A model generated the notes under the pieces. It did no database searches. It saw nothing but the letters and a program-made list of their open reading frames with translations, and was not told the DNA's origin. From positions 1 through 64,000 of the forward strand of contig JAQBYT010000009.1 of NCBI GenBank assembly GCA_027622665.1: a stretch of 64,000 nucleotides of DNA, in the 5' to 3' direction. Positions 60,157 through 64,000 of this stretch are shown in pieces. A program made the position numbers and the translations under genes. This DNA is from Verrucomicrobiota bacterium. Lineage in GTDB: Bacteria; Verrucomicrobiota; Verrucomicrobiia; Opitutales; Seribacteraceae. Numbering within the stretch: position 1 is the first letter of the stretch; each line of letters starts with the position of its first letter.

Positions 60157-62901
60157 CTACTTCTTTTTGCCTTTCCTTTCTTCTTCGGGGCCCGGACGAA
60201 TATCCTCTGTGATTTCCAGGGCTTTCGGGTCGATCTTGAGTACGTACATGCGCTGACCGTTGTCGACGGACCAGATCACATCACGCTTGGGGTCACGCAT
60301 CATGGCGATACCGACCCCTCCGAGTCCTTTCTGACTCTTGGGGATGTTCAACGTTACCCACCGGTTGCCGGCCGGGTCATACGCGACCTGCTTGTTGTTG
60401 TTGAAGATGTTGAAGAGAACGAGGTCAAGCTTGGGCACATACAATGATTCGCGAATGCGTGTCATCCATTTCGCGCTTTCTATGTTCTTGGGATTCGCTT
60501 TGCTCAGCGCCCTGGCGGTCATGTCGTATTTCCACATTTGTCCTGTCCCCTGACTGAAGGTCTTGGTAGAACCCATCCAGATACAGTTGCGTTTGGAATC
60601 GTAAGCCATGCTGTTGCAGTCTCCGTGGACGGTGTTGGGCAGGATTCCTTCCCAGGGCAGCTTTGTCCAGGTTCTCTTCTCAACATCCAGGATTCCAAGA
60701 TAGCCTCGGTCCCAGGCGACCACGCCGTCCCGCGTGCCAACGGCCTTGGTGTAGTATTGCGCGAAGTTGAAGGGAAGCGGCAGGTGTGCTTCGAAATCTC
60801 TGCGGTCAGGGTTGTAGATCGAGGTGCCCCCTGAAGACAGGCAGACCATCTTGTCGGTCTTCAGGTCGAAGGCATAATTGAGATACGTATGATTGCCGCA
60901 ATCCGGCCGGCCGTTGAAGCTGATTCCCTTGGACGAGCCTTTTCCGCCGCCGCCCATATATTCGCCGACAAAGGGGATACTCCAGCGGTTGATGCCTGGA
61001 TGATAGGTGCTGACGATCGTCGCGGGATCGGCCATGTGCCCGCCGGTCCAGTGGTAGAACTGATCACGCTTAGCATCAAAAAGGGCGGTGCCCCAGTCAC
61101 GCTGAGGACAGGGACGCGGCGCCCTGGGCACGGGCGTCCACGCATTGGCCTGAAGCCCGGCAAGAAAGGCGGCAGGTTTTTTGTGATCGCCGCGCGGCGC
61201 GGCATCGTACCAGGCAGGATTGTACTCTTTGACGATACTCAAGTAGAGGCGGGCGTTGCCAGGTACACCGAGTTTGGCGGTCAGGGCGTCATCGTTGGAG
61301 CCGAGTTTCAGCATCCAGGTGTTTCCGGCCTGGCCCTTGCGGTAGCCATAGCTCTTATAGGCCAGGCCAAGAATCACATCGCCGGTCCCTGCGGTGAAGT
61401 TACACTTCAGGCCGGCTTTCCTGGCCTTCTTGTCGTCGATATCAAAGGTGATCTCTGCCACAGCGGACCATTTTCCACTGGCCGTGTCCAAGGTCCAGCA
61501 GTCATTCAGCGTGGCGTAGCTGCGGTTGTGGTAAGTGAAGCGCGTGACATACGTTCCGCCGCCCATAAGGCATAAGGCCTTTCGACTGGGAAGCCAGAAC
61601 ATGGACGCACCCGCACGGGGCGGGGGAGCTTTGTCCGGAAAGAGCCGCCGCCATGATTTTTTAACGCAGTCATACGCCCACGTATCGGAGTAGAGGAAGT
61701 CTCCGTGCTCCCCGCCGAAGAGCATGACGCTTTGGTTCAAGACATCGTAGGCGGTGCTTGCATATTTGCGCGGGCCGGGGGTGCTACGAAGATAATCGGC
61801 AGCCTCATCGATCTGCCAGGCGGCATCAAACGCGGCTTTGAGTGTTTCGGCCGTCACCGTCCCCGAGGCCCAGTCCTTTGCGGCGACCGTTGCTTTTTCA
61901 AGGGCGGTATCGAGGCCTTGAGCGGCATGACTCAGCGCGTCTTTTTCCCATCCCTGTCCCTTGGCAGCGTTGACTTCTGCGAGAAGCGCTGCGACCAACG
62001 TGACGGCTTGAGCGGCGGTCTGTGCGGGCAGTCCTTGCATCAGCTTGGATTCTTCAGTTGCGGGCAATGATTTGTAGAAGACATTCCGGGCATAGGCCAT
62101 GGCGTCGCGCATAGCGGTCTTTGCGGTGACTGCTTTCTCGAATAGTGGGTCGAGGACTCCTGAGGAGACGGTCAGTTGGGTCCATTCTCCCGATTCAGGA
62201 GAGAGAGACCAGTCACCGACGGTGCCCTTGGGTGCACCGGGACAATGTCCGCCGAGAAAGAGCATCTGTTTGTTGATGGGGTCGAAGGCAATCGATGTTC
62301 CGCCCAGCTTTACCTTTCCGTACACGCTGGTCGTATCAACAGGCGGGGGGGTGTCGCCCAGGTACTTCCATGCGCGGGAGGCGACATCGTAACTGAAGAG
62401 CGGCAGGCGCTTTCCTTCCAGTTCGTTATGCCCATGGTGGGTCGTGAGGATGATGTAGACCTTCTCCGCGAGCGGATCAAAAGCAAAGCAATCCGATACG
62501 GCCGTAACAGGCTCCAGGCGGCGATTCTTCTCGGTATCCATGGAGCAGATATAGCTAAATTGATCGCCTACACTTTTGAACTTCGGGGCTTTCGAAGGCC
62601 CGTCTTTGGTTCCCCATAGGCCTTCCTTGCCCTCCGGAAAGTAGTTCTTCCATGCCTTATCGCCGGGAGCAAAGGTCTGTATTTCGAAGGGTGCTCCGCC
62701 GGCATCCTGAAAGCCGCCGCGCAGCCCGCAAATGACCATGAACTTGTTCTGCTTCTCGAGCCAGATGACCGCCGCGTTCTCGCGGGCGCCAAGATCCTGT
62801 TTTGTCACAGGAGTCCACGTGTTCACCTCCAGCGTAGTTTCAGCGGTGAGTGTTGCGGCAGAAATGGCAAGTACTGCTATGGTGAGGACGATTCGCTTCA
62901 T
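60157..62901 (-). CDS. Secreted Kelch-repeat / beta-propeller protein
   Basis: Signal peptide; repeated YD..MLFGG..DTWAYD..W motifs with a central Ala-rich helical insert. Confidence 0.8.
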   Translation of the reverse strand: MKRIVLTIAVLAISAATLTAETTLEVNTWTPVTKQDLGARENAAVIWLEKQNKFMVICGLRGGFQDAGGAPFEIQTFAPGDKAWKNYFPEGKEGLWGTKDGPSKAPKFKSVGDQFSYICSMDTEKNRRLEPVTAVSDCFAFDPLAEKVYIILTTHHGHNELEGKRLPLFSYDVASRAWKYLGDTPPPVDTTSVYGKVKLGGTSIAFDPINKQMLFLGGHCPGAPKGTVGDWSLSPESGEWTQLTVSSGVLDPLFEKAVTAKTAMRDAMAYARNVFYKSLPATEESKLMQGLPAQTAAQAVTLVAALLAEVNAAKGQGWEKDALSHAAQGLDTALEKATVAAKDWASGTVTAETLKAAFDAAWQIDEAADYLRSTPGPRKYASTAYDVLNQSVMLFGGEHGDFLYSDTWAYDCVKKSWRRLFPDKAPPPRAGASMFWLPSRKALCLMGGGTYVTRFTYHNRSYATLNDCWTLDTASGKWSAVAEITFDIDDKKARKAGLKCNFTAGTGDVILGLAYKSYGYRKGQAGNTWMLKLGSNDDALTAKLGVPGNARLYLSIVKEYNPAWYDAAPRGDHKKPAAFLAGLQANAWTPVPRAPRPCPQRDWGTALFDAKRDQFYHWTGGHMADPATIVSTYHPGINRWSIPFVGEYMGGGGKGSSKGISFNGRPDCGNHTYLNYAFDLKTDKMVCLSSGGTSIYNPDRRDFEAHLPLPFNFAQYYTKAVGTRDGVVAWDRGYLGILDVEKRTWTKLPWEGILPNTVHGDCNSMAYDSKRNCIWMGSTKTFSQGTGQMWKYDMTARALSKANPKNIESAKWMTRIRESLYVPKLDLVLFNIFNNNKQVAYDPAGNRWVTLNIPKSQKGLGGVGIAMMRDPKRDVIWSVDNGQRMYVLKIDPKALEITEDIRPGPEEERKGKKK

Positions 62902-63303
62902 CTGCGTGTGTTCATTCTTGCGTTCTATGTTTGATCGTGAAATCTCAATTTAGTTTCGATATTGACCGATCATGTCGCCTATGATCGCAGGAACAACAAG
63001 ATGTTGTCGAACCTCTTCGTTCGTATGTTGCAGCCGCCGAGCAGAGCGGAGCCTGCGCGGGGAGCGACTGGAGCCGAACGAAGCGCCGCTTTTTCGCTTA
63101 CGCCGGCAATGCCGCGAAGCAGGCTATGATCGGATAGTCGCCTGACCTCGACTTCCGGTTGGCCGGCGCATCCGCACCGAGCGAAAAGCCGTCACACGAT
63201 GTTACGCCTAAGAAGGATTCCCCGTGAGGGTTGGGAATGTTTCGGGGTGGGGTGGGGCGACTTTAGATATTACCCGATAAATCGCCATCTTAGGTAGCGA
63301 TTA

Positions 63304-63342
63304 GTCCTGCATTGTCCTGCCAAAATATGGCTGTCCTGCCAA
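63304..63342. repeat. Short direct repeats, candidate integrase arm-type sites
   Basis: GTCCTGC (63304), TGTCCTGCCAA (63313 and 63332); TGTCCTG also twice at 59579-59590. Confidence 0.5.
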
Positions 63343-63470
63343 GAATAATGCCGTTTATTGCCATTTGAAGTATTTCATAATGACTGAATTAGAATGTTAT
63401 AAACCACTGCATAGCAAAGTTTATCGCGTGAATAGTGGCTTATTTGTCCGAAGCGGCGGAAATTGATTCA

Positions 63471-63506
63471 ACGGGTTCGAATCCCGTTCTCTCCGCCATT
63501 TTAAGT
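63471..63506 (+). repeat. att site: duplicated tRNA-Ser 3' end
   Basis: Identical to 59510-59545. Confidence 0.92.
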
Positions 63507-63520
63507 TGAGACCCTTCAAC

Positions 63521-64000
63521 CTAGAGTGGGATGGGTTTATCTATACGGATTCCCCCTTTTTTATCCATGGGTAGGACCTTACAGGTTTTGCAGCGCTCGG
63601 GGCCGGTAATGAAGCGTTTTGCATTACCTTCCGAGTCTGTTTTTCGCAATAGACCCGCTCGTGAGGAAATTTCGATGCACTCGATAAGGTCTTTGCCGTT
63701 GTATCCGTGTTCGTGAGACGTAGTGAGAAGACCGTCGGGGTGGAGAAAGTTTACTATCAGACCGTACCTTAAATGATCGACGTAAACCTTGCAGATAACG
63801 TCGCCGATACGGAACGAGCGTTTTTTTTCGAACTTTGATTTGTCAAGGAGCTTGCACCGATTTTCGGTTAGTCGGAATCGCTTGTAATGAGCGAAGTCTC
63901 CGCGTCGGATTGGTTCCAGGTTATGCGGATTGAGCTGAATGAGCTCGAAGGAACGTCTGCGACCTTCCCTAATTAAGATTATCTCCCCAATTCGTACTCG
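63521..64000 (-). CDS. 3' part of a hypothetical protein continuing beyond the window
   Basis: Minus frame open from 64000 (RVRIGEIILIREG..) to TAG at 63521-63523; missed by the ORF track for lack of a start. Confidence 0.6.
   Translation of the reverse strand, partial: RVRIGEIILIREGRRRSFELIQLNPHNLEPIRRGDFAHYKRFRLTENRCKLLDKSKFEKKRSFRIGDVICKVYVDHLRYGLIVNFLHPDGLLTTSHEHGYNGKDLIECIEISSRAGLLRKTDSEGNAKRFITGPERCKTCKVLPMDKKGGIRIDKPIPL

Larger units (their letters stand above)
59510..63506. mobile_element. Small integrase-less genomic island inserted in the tRNA-Ser 3' end
   Basis: Exact 36-bp direct repeat ACGGGTTCGAATCCCGTTCTCTCCGCCATTTTAAGT at 59510-59545 and 63471-63506. Confidence 0.85.

Overview
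Bacterial chromosomal window. Gene content (DUF1592/DUF1552/DUF1501/DUF1080 genes, PVC-type heme proteins, several sulfatases, DUF5011 surface protein) points to the PVC superphylum, most likely a marine Verrucomicrobiota/Opitutales-type organism (inference). Left end: 3' part of a large surface protein ending in an ALK/LTK-type glycine-rich domain, palindromic REP-like repeats, an acyl-ACP/CoA synthetase, and a flagellin carrying an intact zinc-metallopeptidase insert (flagellinolysin-like) with a sigma28-like promoter and CsrA-like leader sites. Next come tRNA-Lys and a divergent tyrosine recombinase, followed by a ~17 kb decaying accessory region (gene fragments, pseudogenes, DUF1592/DUF1552, ankyrin, sulfatases). 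The middle is mostly intact PVC-type catabolic and housekeeping genes (sulfatase, panB-like, dusB, hydrolases, ABC transporter, rmuC, vanZ). Right end: an orphan M.HhaI-like C5 methyltransferase, tRNA-Ser(GCT), and a ~4 kb integrase-less island bounded by a 36-bp direct repeat of the tRNA 3' end and carrying a secreted Kelch-repeat protein. Family calls come from motif recognition by eye; no database searches were run.
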